A stretch of DNA of 64,000 nucleotides, from the NCBI GenBank assembly GCA_030265395.1, contig JARFYF010000017.1, forward strand, positions 39,835,006 through 39,899,005, read 5' to 3'. The notes beneath the pieces are model-generated. The model worked only from the letters and a program-made list of their open reading frames with translations. It had not been told where the DNA came from and did not search any database. Positions 53,191 through 64,000 of this stretch are shown in pieces. The position numbers and the translations under genes were made by a program. The stretch is from Rhina ancylostomus. Its lineage: Eukaryota. Positions within the stretch are counted from its first letter, which is position 1, and each line of letters begins with the position of its first letter.

Positions 53191-54285
53191 ATGCTTACCA
53201 TGGTATTGTCTTTGCGCCCACCCACCAATCTCCCCCCTTGACCTCACCTCACAACCTCCCTAATCCTTGAGGCCCTGACGCTCCCCAAGGCTCTGACTCC
53301 TGCCGAGGCCCTGGTCCCTCAGTGTCCCAAGACCCTGATCCTTGCCACTCTCACTGAGGTGCTGACCTTCAAACCTCCACCTCTCCAAGCTTCCAACCCT
53401 TCAAGCTCAACTTCCTGGACTACTAAACACACCCCTCCCCACCCATCACCCTCAAACCTCATCCACCCTGACCTTCTGCTCCTCCATTGTGCCAACCCAC
53501 AAACTCTCCTTTCTCTCCTCTGCTTTCAATCCTCCTCCCACCCCCTACTAATGACCAACACACCTCCACCCTATGCTCTGGCCCCACAGCCTCTTCTATT
53601 CCCCACGCCTCTAATTGGCTGCTGGCCGCACCTCCCAATCTGCCCTCAGTTTCAGATGGCACTGGGCAACAGCTGCTCCTGACTGGGACTCCCAAGGTAC
53701 CTTTGGACCCCCAATACTTGTTTTGTCTCTCACCAACCCAACCCAGCCTCTGACTCATCCCACCATACCTGTTGCTGAAACTGTAAACCCTTGGACCTGG
53801 GGCTCTACTCAAGTTTGCAGCAGCAGGCCCATGACTGAAATGGCTGCCATAATCCATCAGAGAAACCCTGCATACATCAATATATAGAGACTTTAATGCC
53901 ACACAACGTTTTTTAGGACAAGAGACTATGCACTTGCAACAAGTCAGGCATTACTTGCCATGGTTTAAGCTCAACACCAGAAACCAAAGCACGACGAGGG
54001 TGCTCTTAGTTCAAAGCTAGAAAGGTACTTGACATCAATTGCTTGCTGTACAAATTCCACTTTTGATGCAGGAGTGGCTGGTCACACTGAGTCACGTGGC
54101 TCCCAGTAAACCAGCCATGGTGACACGACCTCACTGACCCACTGTTTGTTCAGAAGCCATAATGAAGGCCGATCTATCAGCAACAACAAAAGGTAGAACT
54201 TCATGGCTTGTGGTCGGCAGCAGGGTTTGTTTTTGTTGTTAAGGATCTGATTGAAGCAATGCATGTGCCTGCTGACAAAAATTTA

Positions 54286-54426
<141 letters not shown>

Positions 54427-54700
54427 NNNNNNNNNNNNNNNNNNNNNNNNNNNNNNNNNNNNNNNNNNNNNNNNNNNNNNNNNNNNNNNNNNNNNNNNNN
54501 NNNNNNNNNNNNNNNNNNNNNNNNNNNNNNNNNNNNNNNNNNNNNNNNNNNNNNNNNNNNNNNNNNNNNNNNNNNNNNNNNNNNNNNNNNNNNNNNNNNN
54601 NNNNNNNNNNNNNNNNNNNNNNNNNNNNNNNNNNNNNNNNNNNNNNNNNNNNNNNNNNNNNNNNNNNNNNNNNNNNNNNNNNNNNNNNNNNNNNNNNNNN

Positions 54701-54734
54701 TTTGTTTCTTGGAATTGATGCATTCAAATTCTAC
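54701..54734 (-). CDS. CPNE2: Copine-2 exon, end of C2B domain (VEFECINSKKQ...), truncated by an assembly gap
   Basis: cctgcttgtag|gta gaa ttt gaa tgc atc aat tcc aag aaa caa a, then Ns (54427-54700). It matches copine (L/V)EFECINPKKQ; the rest of the exon and its donor site lie in the gap. Confidence 0.88.
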
Positions 54735-55309
54735 CTACAAGCAGGAGGGGAGAGTCTCTTTAGAATGATGATAAAAGTGATGGGTTACTTTTTAAAAGAA
54801 CCTTTGCACACCATTTCTTTTGCAAATTGGAAATAATACATTTCTTTTAACAATAGGCTTTCTGAAGAATTAAATGGCTCATTTGATTGCAAGTTTTCCC
54901 ACTGGAATCCAGAGACCCACCACCATCCACCTCCGTCCCTTCACTACTGCATCTTCTGTCAACTGAAAGGAAGCACGATACAACTGGTAGTCATGGAGAT
55001 AACTCTGGCCCACAGCATCTCATTCAGCCAGAGAGAAGAGCAAGAGAGGGATTAAAACAGATGACAAAAGTACATTGATGTGGCACCGAGAATGTGGTTG
55101 CAGTGAGCTGATGGCAGCTTTACCCTCACTTATACACTTTAAGAATAAGAAGCTAGTATAGAAAAGCAAAAAACTGCAGGTGCTGGAAATCCAAAATAAA
55201 AATACAGAATGCTACAAATAATCAGGTCAGAAAGCCGCTGTGCAGAAACAAACTGTTAATGTTTCAGGTCAGAACTGGAAGGAGTTAGAGGTCAAGTGTG
55301 CTTTAAGTT

Positions 55310-55620
55310 GCAGGCGGGTGGTGTGGTTACTTCCTCAAAACATCAGAAACCCAGGTTCAATCCAGACTTTCAGTGCTGCCTGTGTGGAGTTTGCAGGTTT
55401 TCCACGTAGTTCTTCCAGTTTCCTCCAACATTCCAAAAATATGCAGATTGGTAGGTTAACTGCTCACTAGATATTGCCCCTAATGTATGGGTGAGTGTTA
55501 GAATCTGGGAGGAGTTGATAGCAACGTGGGGAAAATAAAATGGAATGGCGTAGGATTAACCAGGTGCTGATGGGTTGGCATAGACTTGGTGGGCCGAAGG
55601 GCCTGTTTCTGTGCTGTGAC
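55310..55620 (+). mobile_element. V-SINE (HE1-like)
   Basis: B box ccaggttcaatcc, V-domain tgtgtggagtttgca..tttcctccaacattccaaa, and CR1 tail gtgggccgaagggcctgtttctgtgctgt. Confidence 0.88.
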
Positions 55621-55744
55621 GACGAGAAGAGGGAGGGGTAGAGGGAACAACGACTGTGGTCATGGATGAGTGGAAGGCAAGAGACACTGAATGACACAAG
55701 TGGCGGTGGTGCCAGCTGAGAGGTGGTGGTGAGGGCTTGTCAAT

Positions 55745-55962
55745 CACCAAATGCACATTGGGCGACCACTTCACAGAACTTCTGCATTTAGTCCATAAGA
55801 TTGGCCTGAGCTTCCATTTTCCCGTCACCGTAAATCTCCATCGAACTCCCAGACTGACCTCTCCCTCCGGCCTCTTACAATGAAGCCTAGCACCAGCTCC
55901 ACCTTCCAACTGGGCCATCGCATCTCTCAAGACTTAACACCAATGCAAGAATTTCAAATAAC
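55745..55962 (+). mobile_element. Penelope GIY-YIG C-terminal remnant
   Basis: LGDHFTELLHLVH..PELP..TDLS..GLL..NEA, paralleling 6740-6806 and 7890-8010. Confidence 0.6.
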
Positions 55963-56599
55963 TGCTTTTTCCCAGTACATCAGAAATGACCAGTTCTGCT
56001 GAAAGACCTGCAGAACCTTCAGATGAAGGAAGTACCTTAACTTTAAGGGACAACCGGACCTTAAGTACCGCATTAATGAAATATCTTAAAGCTACAGCGA
56101 GGGTACAAGGCAGTACAATACTAAGGAACAGAAAGTGGAAACGAGATGACAGACTTGAGGTTTTTTCCCAATATGCCCATTAGATTTTAGGCACAAGAGA
56201 TTTAGCAGAACTTTTTCTCAAAATTGTGAAGGATGTGGATGCAATGAATAGGAATCTATAACATCCAGTTGGGAGCAGGCAGGAATAGGAATTATTGATT
56301 TAAATTTGCCAGTGGGTGAATGAGCAGAGAGATCTTCTCCATGCAGTATGGAATGTTTTACCACCAGGAATAGATGAGGCAGGAACAACGGCATATTTTG
56401 ACGGAAGAGCAGGATAAATATTTGAAGCAGGGCTGTGTGGGGTGAGCGCAGGGGACGAGGATTAGCACAGAACCCAACTGGATATGATGAGGGAAATGGC
56501 CATCCACATCTGAGGCCGTGATGGTTTGAGACCAAAAGAGCAGCTTCAAATCTGTAGTCATGTCTTTGTTTTAAAAAAAACCCTCAGCAATACATCTCA

Positions 56600-56970
56600 A
56601 AGTCGTAGAGCACAGAAACAGGCCCTTCAGCCCACCATGTCTATGCCAACCTTTTGGCCCTTCTACACTAATTCCACTTGCCCACATTATGACCATATCC
56701 TTCTATGCCTTGTATATTTAAGTGCCTGTCTGAATGTTTCTTTAACGTAGTGATTGTATTTGATTTCATCACCTCCTCTGGCATTGAGTTCCAGATATCA
56801 ACCACTGTGTGAGAAAACCATTCTCATTAAATCTCTGTTAAAACTCCTTTCACTCACCTTAAACCTATGATCTCTTATTTCAGGGGAACAAGACTCTGAC
56901 CATCTACCCTATGTCTCTTATAATTTTATTTACTTCTATCAGGTCACCCCTCGGTCTCCCTCTGCAACAA
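56600..56970 (-). mobile_element. CR1/HER1 3' end
   Basis: agcacagaaacaggcccttcagcccaccatgtc..ctcaccttaaacctatg..tctatcaggtcacccctc. Confidence 0.85.
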
Positions 56971-57389
56971 GTAGCCTCTGAGTGTTTCAAAAACCATGTG
57001 CAAAATATTACCTTATCTCTCATAGATCAGAGTCAGACTTCCCTGGCTAAGCCAAGTGCAGATCTCAGTAAATGTCTCCATTCTGTTTACCTGTATGAAT
57101 GACTGCTCTGTGTGGATCGCTGCATTAACTCTCCTTTCCCATTCCCAAGTGACCTTTCCAGCTTCCACCCAAATGGATTACACACACACGTTCAATGCAC
57201 CACAAAATGACTGTCATTCATAAGAAATGAAGAAAAGGAACAAAAATTTGAGCTAACTGTTCACTGACTGAAGTACAAGCTTTCCAAAAATTGTGTGCCA
57301 CCACCTGAAAAACCTCAAGGGCTATTTCCCCAATGACTTTAAATGAAATTGGCCTACAATTGAGCTAGCAACCATTGGTTCATTGTCTG

Positions 57390-57650
57390 AACCTTAATCC
57401 AGAGATCAGAGGGCAAATTCTACATTGTCACTCATGGTCAACACTGAGGCAGAGCCACATAAGTGCAGGTGGGGTCTTCTGGATAAGATCTTAAACCAAG
57501 GCCCAGGTTTGGTCTCTCAGGTGGATATGAATATTCTCATGGTACAATTGAAAAGGAAGAGCCACATAATTATCACAATTGTCCCATCCCGTATTCTCAC
57601 ACAACATCGATGTCAGAGTATCTGATTATTATTGCAAGTGGGAGATGGCC
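57390..57650 (+). mobile_element. Degenerate DeuSINE
   Basis: gtcttctggataagatcttaaaccaaggccc..tctctcaggtggatatga..ctcatggtac..gaagagc resembles the Deu domain. Confidence 0.6.
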
Positions 57651-57751
57651 GGCGATTTTTGCTTTAGTCGGAGAGTGAAGATGAAGATGAGAGATGGAGG
57701 AAGTATGGTGCAACCCCTGGGGATGGGCAGGGAGATCTCTCCCATTTACGA

Positions 57752-58020
57752 AGTTTGGTATTGGTATATTATTGTCATTTGTACCGTGGTACAGTGAAAA
57801 ACTTGTCTTGCATACCAATTGTACAGGTCAATTCATTACATAGTGCAGTTACATTGAATTAGAACAGAGTGCACTGAGGTAGTACAGGTAAAAACAATAA
57901 CAGAGTAAAGTGTCACAGCTATAGGGGAAGTGCAGTACAGGTAAACAATAAGGTGCAAGGTCACAACAAGGTGGACTGTGAGGTCAGAGTCCATTTCATC
58001 GTATAAGGGAACTGTTGATA
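57752..58020 (-). mobile_element. Rex1/Babar 3' UTR
   Basis: The reverse complement is similar to 19190-19438 (caagacaagtttttcact..aataat..accaatacc). Confidence 0.85.
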
Positions 58021-58425
58021 TTCCATTGAGCTGAATCATCCTGCATAACTGACACCTCAGAGCCTTCTTGGTACAGAATTCCAAAGATACACTACCCCGC
58101 AAGGGAAGACATTTCTTTTCCTCTCAGTTCAGAATGGCCGATTTCTAATTTGGAAAATGTTGACCCTTAGTTCTGGACACACCAGTAAGGGAAACATCAA
58201 CTCCACATCTATTCTACCAAGCTCTGTAAGAATATTGTTTGTTCCAAATGGGTTCACCTCTCGTTCTTCTGAACTCAGTATAGGCCTAATCTGCTTATTC
58301 TTTCTTCATACAACATACGGACTGTTCCAGGAATCAATAGGGTGAACACTTGTTGCACTCTCTCGATCGTAAGTGCACCCTTCCCCAGTAGACACACCAG
58401 AGCAGTACACAGTATTCCAGGTGCC
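58020..58425 (-). mobile_element. CR1 3' fragment
   Basis: ORF 58275-58529 ends ALTIERVQQVFTLLIPG..MLYEERISRLGLY. Confidence 0.75.
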
Positions 58426-59563
58426 CCGGTACCAGCACATCCCGACACCTTTGACAGGAGGCAAAGAGTGGGGTGGAGCTTTGACAGGGGGCTAAGCTGG
58501 GGGTGGAGAAATGGAAAAACTATAAACATTTATTTAAATAAGCAGAGGATAAGAGGTATATTAGTTACTTATCCACTTACTTATTTTATTTCAATGATTT
58601 ATAGGTGCTTTTAAATTGAACTTCATTATATTTTAAATTTTTGAATAATTTTTTTAAGCTACTTAATACATTTTTTTTAAAGTATTTAAGTGCCTCTGAA
58701 ATAGCAGAAATAAAGCACAGTTGAGAAAAACCAAAGCTCCATCCCCAGCTCTGACAAAAGCTGGGTGGAATTTTTTTTTTTACTTTTCCCAAAGACAAAG
58801 AAGCTTCATCAGATTTCTGATGAAATTAACTGTCACGTCAAGTCACCGAGTTTCGCCCTATCGGGGAAATTCCCTTTCTTCCCTCCATTCCCCTCCCACA
58901 ACTTCTCTGCTTCCAAAATAAACTGCTTCTCTTAGTTCTGATGAAGTGTCTTTGACCTGAAGCACGAATTCTTCCTCTTTCCACAGACACTAAATGCTCT
59001 GCTGTTTTTCTAGCATCTTCTGTTTTTTATTATTGAGTGTGAGATAGAGGAGTTGCAATCTCTCTTTGCTACACACAGACTTCCTGAGCGAGTTGTATCA
59101 GATCATGGTCCATAGATTAGACGATTTCATTTAAGTCATATGTAAAGAAAAATATAAAATACCACTTCTTACAACCCAGAGTGAAATGGGGAAGCATAAT
59201 GTTACTTTTCATGGTTGAGGAGGAAAGAGGTAATGGAAGATCGATAGAACTCCTCCATGAAACATCCATCTGCAGCCATTCTGAGCCAGAGGACAATGCC
59301 ACACTCCCCACAGGATTTATTTCTCCTGAAATGGTAATGAATGGAGGACCCAGGCACAGGTGACTTGTATCCAACTTAAATTGGTAGGGCAGCAAAGGAG
59401 GTGATCAAACATCAGGACACAGGCCTCAAGGAAAAAAAAAAGATTTAGCCTGCAGGACAGAGTTTGTGATGGAACAGTTTGTGATCTGGCAGGTTATAGA
59501 TATGGTGATGGAACTCAGAGGACATTGTGGCTATGCAGATTTAAGAATTAGCCTTTGAAAACT

Positions 59564-59607
59564 TGAGCAAAATTCCATAAAATCCTGAGCAAAATTCCAT
59601 AAAATCC
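59564..59607. repeat. Perfect 22-bp tandem duplication
   Basis: tgagcaaaattccataaaatcc occurs twice in direct succession. Confidence 0.95.
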
Positions 59608-60529
59608 ACATCGACTTATCAATCCTAGCATACGTACCTAGGAGAATAGCAAAACAAAACTTTGAGATCATGGACATACAGTATCTGGCACGAGTAATAA
59701 TTATAAATTTGTTACATCAGTTCTTCTAAATAAAAAAAGTGGGGAAAAGAGCGTAGTTAGTGTAACATTGAAGGTTAGCAGTAATCTCAACTTTAAGGTT
59801 GCCATCCCTTTTAGGACTAAGTCATGTGACCAACTGCTCTCTGGGCAGCAGCAATCTTTTATAGAAAGTTCCAGAGGGCTTTGAATAAAATGCATACATT
59901 GTTAGCGCTTCTCACATCTCATGCATCTTAGTCTACAAACTCTGATGGACTTTGGTGAAGGTTAAGAACCAATGACCGCATGTTTTACAACTACCGCACT
60001 TCACTTTATCACTAACCTTCCCTTTCGTTCTTTCCTTCTCCTGATAGCACCCCATCCCTATCGCCCTTGTCTAAATCGATCTTCTACTTCCTGGCCGTGT
60101 ACTTGATTAAAAGCTGTTGAGTCTCTATCATCGTCCAGTCACATCAAGAAAATGATCATCGTTGGAAATGGTCATCCAGTTTCTCTCTCTACAAATGTCG
60201 TCTGACATGTTGAGTATTTCCAGCGCTTTCTGCTTTTACATGATTCTTTGTTTTTATTGCAGAAAACACTCAAAGCAGAGTGTTTTTTTAAACCAAGTAA
60301 TGCAAAGCTATCAAGTGTGGTGATCCACACTTGATAGAAATGTTGCTTGTGCGAAGCATCTCCAGAAATCCATAAAAAGGCTGAAAAAGGAATAACAATA
60401 AATGTGCAGTGACAAACAGGGATAAACAGTGGCACAAATTAATGATTAAAATTAACCCAGTTGGGTGACCATGACGTGTTGGGTCTGAGTAGTGGAAAGA
60501 GATTTTGGAAGTGCAAAGACCTAGAGAAT

Positions 60530-60945
60530 GAAAAAAAATACAGAAAATTCTGGAAAAACTCAGCAAACCAGGCAGAATTTGGGGAAGGAGAAACAGTCAA
60601 TGTTCCAAATCTGTGATCCTGCTTCAAAACCAGGGAAGAGAGATATACAAGTTAGTTTGCAGAAGGGTGAAAATGGGGGAAGCAACATGTACAACAAAGG
60701 GAACGTGTACCAGGATGAGCCAAACTGGCTTAATGCGGGGCAGTTAGCAGCACATTAAGCCTCTTGGTCTGTGTGATGTGTTGCTTACAGTAAGGTGGTG
60801 GTGGGACATATAGAGCAGGCCAGACTGATTCAAATAGGATAAGGAAAACATTGACAGTTTCTCTTCCCACAGATGCTGCAAGGGCTGCTGAGTTTTTCCT
60901 GAATGTTTTCTCCTTTTGTTTCAGATTTCCAGCATCTGCAGTAGG
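60530..60945. repeat. Inverted pair of Penelope-type terminal-repeat units
   Basis: cagaaaattctggaaaaactcagca..gagaaacagtcaatgtt (60541-60605) is complementary to aacattgacagtttctc..tgctgagtttttcctgaatgttttc (60848-60910). Confidence 0.75.
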
Positions 60946-63900
60946 GAGGATGACGACCATTTTGCACTCNNNNNNNNNNNNNNNNNNNNNNNNNNNNNNN
61001 NNNNNNNNNNNNNNNNNNNNNNNNNNNNNNNNNNNNNNNNNNNNNNNNNNNNNNNNNNNNNNNNNNNNNCCATTTTGCACTCGTCTGTTCAATCTTAAAA
61101 ACGACAGGGGTTCTGGCTGGTGGTTAATCCATCTGCAGCACTCCCAAGGAAGCAGCCCGAGGAACCAGAGTGAGTCAGCAACGGAAAGAATGTAATTGCA
61201 CTTCTGATTCAGTTGGACCGTGCAGCGAGACTGGGAGGGTTAATCAGTGCCAAGCACTCCTCCCGGATGCTGCCAAGTAACCTACAATGAACGACTGTGT
61301 CAATGAATGGAGCATACCTGGAAAGAAGTATTCTCCAACGCCAGTCAGCAGGAATTGGCAACATGGGCAACAAATCTTGGCACCTCAACAGTAGTGCAGT
61401 TTAAAGAATTCAAATCTAAAGATGCCAAAACTGTGAAAATAAGAGTGTCTGTGTTGTGTGGGGGCGAATACGGAAATGAACGTTGCCTAACTGGGAATTA
61501 CGATTGTATTAACACTAACCATTAAAATAGACGTATGGATACTGCCTCGAATCAGAAAGATATGAACAGACNNNNNNNNNNCAGACAAAAATAATGAGCA
61601 GGGCTGCTCTACTGAGCCCATCCCACATTTGTAATGCCCAACACCGCCCCCCTCCCCACCAGTGACCTGAGAGAGAAAGATCCAGGGCCAATTACGGCAG
61701 AGTACATCTGAAAATTCTGCACCCTCCCCTCCCCTCCCCTTTAAATGGTCAGGACATTACATAGATTTTACATGTGCAGCTCATCACTCCCCAATTCTTC
61801 CTATGATTACATGACTAAGGTAGGTAGTCATCTGCAAAGAAACACAAACAATCTGCAATGTGAGATGTGATAAAGATTAAGGCTTTACGTAAAAGAGTAC
61901 ATTGCTATTCATTTTGTGCTAACTCTGAGTCACGGCCAAAGTAATGTAATAACATCACCTTTAAATTCACCATATCCAAACCTCAACTCGACTGAACTCT
62001 TCATTCGTCCTTTGAAAAAAGCACAAATCATAACAACTTGTGTAATTTTCACTTCTGTTCACAAGCAAGCACCTCCTGCCAATGGAATGCAGCCGAGTAT
62101 CAACCTTTCCGACCACACCAGTCTATTTTAAGGCTTGGGCAGAGTCCCTTGAAAGACGGAGGTTTCTTCTAAAGCCTCACAACTGGGTGACATTTCACAG
62201 GGACAGTGAAAGAGAACAGCAACTTAGCCAAACCCATCCGGAAATCCCAAAGAATGGCACAGAGACACAACCCCTTGCATATGTGGAAGGATGTGATGAA
62301 CCTTGAGAGATTTAGAGCAAAAATCTTGGCTTTGAAGAGGTTTTGAAAGGAAGACTTTAGGCAGGCAGATTCAGAGTGCAGGGGTGAGGAAGTTGGGGGG
62401 GCGGTGGGGTGGGGGCAGAAGGCAGTGTGAAAGACCCCGTCACTCAGGATGGGCTGAAGTAGCAAGGTCAAACCCAAAAGAATAGAGTTNNNNNNNNNNN
62501 NNNNNNNNNNNNNNNNNNNNNNNNNNNNNNNNNNNNNNNNNNNNNNNNNNNNNNNNNNNNNNNNNNNNNNNNNNNNNNNNNNNNNNNNNGGATGGGCTGA
62601 AGGAGCAAGGTCAAACCCAAAAGAATAGAGTTAGATGACTGAGAAGCATTGGAAGAGGAAGTAGTATGTGTGAAGCTTAAACAAATAGCTGAACAGAATC
62701 TCACACCCCTGTCAATATCAGAGTGTGTTGGCCCGGAAATTCCTTCTTACACGTCCAAAAATAAAAGGTGCTGGACAGTTGTAAACTGTTCAACCTGTAG
62801 AATAAAATTGCTCACTCACTGGGAATCTGAGTGCCGGCTGAGAAATTCAACTTCTGACTCTGTGGTGGGATTTTTTTTTGCCCTAGTAGTTCCATTTCTC
62901 TGGCTTAAAAACTTCCCCAAATGACACCAATAATCCCACACAAAATCTGTCTGCAGGTGACCAGATCGGAGGAGTTGTTTTTCAGATCAGGGAAGTAGAG
63001 GGGTATGGGCCACATGCAGGCAGATGGGATTAGACAGACTGATATTGTGGTCGGTGCAGTCATTGTTGTCTTAAGGATCTCTTCCTGTGCTGTGTTGTTC
63101 TATGTTCTAAATCAAAGAGGATTGTTGTGGCTGTAGATGGCAGTGGAAGTCATTTTGGAAGTGACCAACTTTAGTGTAAACCACAGCACGGGAGGAAGCG
63201 GGCTCCACAATTTCCCGCACGTGGTGCACTGGAGCTCGTGATCCAGGAGTGGGAATGGAGGGGAGATGTCCTGTATCCAGAGGGACAGCAGGCCCTATAG
63301 ACACACACTCAGAAGGCACTGGGAGCAGGAGCCTTAAAGGTCAATGTCAAGAGTCACCGCAAGACTAAACAACACGATGCAAGAGGAGGACATTTGGCCT
63401 ATCGCGACGATGCTGCATCCCAACAGAGCAATTCCATCTGTCCCATTCCCCCGCAGCCCTGCAAGTTAGTCTCTCTCAAACATGCCCATCAACACAAGTC
63501 ACATCCTGAGGGCCTGAACAGTGGACCACAAATCACACGGTGAAGTTCAGGAACCACACTGTCAAATGCTCTCACCAGTCACCAATTAACAATTCATTAG
63601 GAGTCAACCATATGCCCCAACATACTCTCAACCTCAACGCTTCATTACCACATCTCACAGCTTGCGTATGCTGCCACCTTTCAACATACCCACTATTTTC
63701 TATTTGTTATAACAAGGGCCAGCGATATTCCGAGCAGCATTCACTTTAAAATGTCCAAGATGGTTCTTAAATTTGCCTGCTCAAAATGCGTATTTTGTAA
63801 TGTTGCTAATTTATAGTCACTATTTCTGCCACCTCACACTGGTATTAATGAAAAGGCATAAAGTGCAGTTCCCACTAATTGCAGGCAGAAGCATATCACA

Positions 63901-64000
63901 CACTGATGTGGTGGTGTTCTGTTGCTATCATAATGAAAATGCAAACTCAATAGATTAATCACACAGCTGCTAGTTTTAAAATTCATTCACAGCACGTTGG

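Noticed and set aside
54701-54734. Ser in place of Pro in INSKK (and in YINSME) suggesting pseudogenisation
   Set aside because: Frames and splice sites are intact and these positions vary among copines, so this is ordinary divergence.
59181-59363. Protein-like 60-aa plus-strand ORF ending near a possible donor (cag|gtgact)
   Set aside because: No recognisable homology, clear acceptor or partner exons, so a nested gene is not supported.

Overview
Eukaryotic, repeat-dense genomic DNA with N gaps. The repeat content (HE1/V-SINEs, SacSINE1-like DeuSINEs, CR1, Rex1/Babar, Tx1, Penelope) points to a cartilaginous fish, probably a ray or shark; this is an inference. The whole window lies inside one minus-strand gene, copine-2 (CPNE2), which the ORF track does not resolve. 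Four exons are recognisable: VEFECINSKKQ.. (running into a gap), [39 protein letters not shown] and [18 protein letters not shown]. Two of the introns are large, about 25 kb and 20.5 kb. The rest is decayed retroelements plus a few unique, enhancer-like islands. Almost all listed ORFs are spurious or transposon fragments. I see no convincing new protein-coding system. The most interesting signals are a Penelope-derived short repeat carrying a minimal hammerhead-ribozyme motif (often in inverted pairs), a V-SINE with a Rex1-type tail, a locally templated insertion, a Gypsy fossil with a tRNA-Ser primer site, an unassigned dispersed repeat and a triple E-box. Family names come from recalled consensus motifs, not from database searches, and repeat boundaries are approximate.
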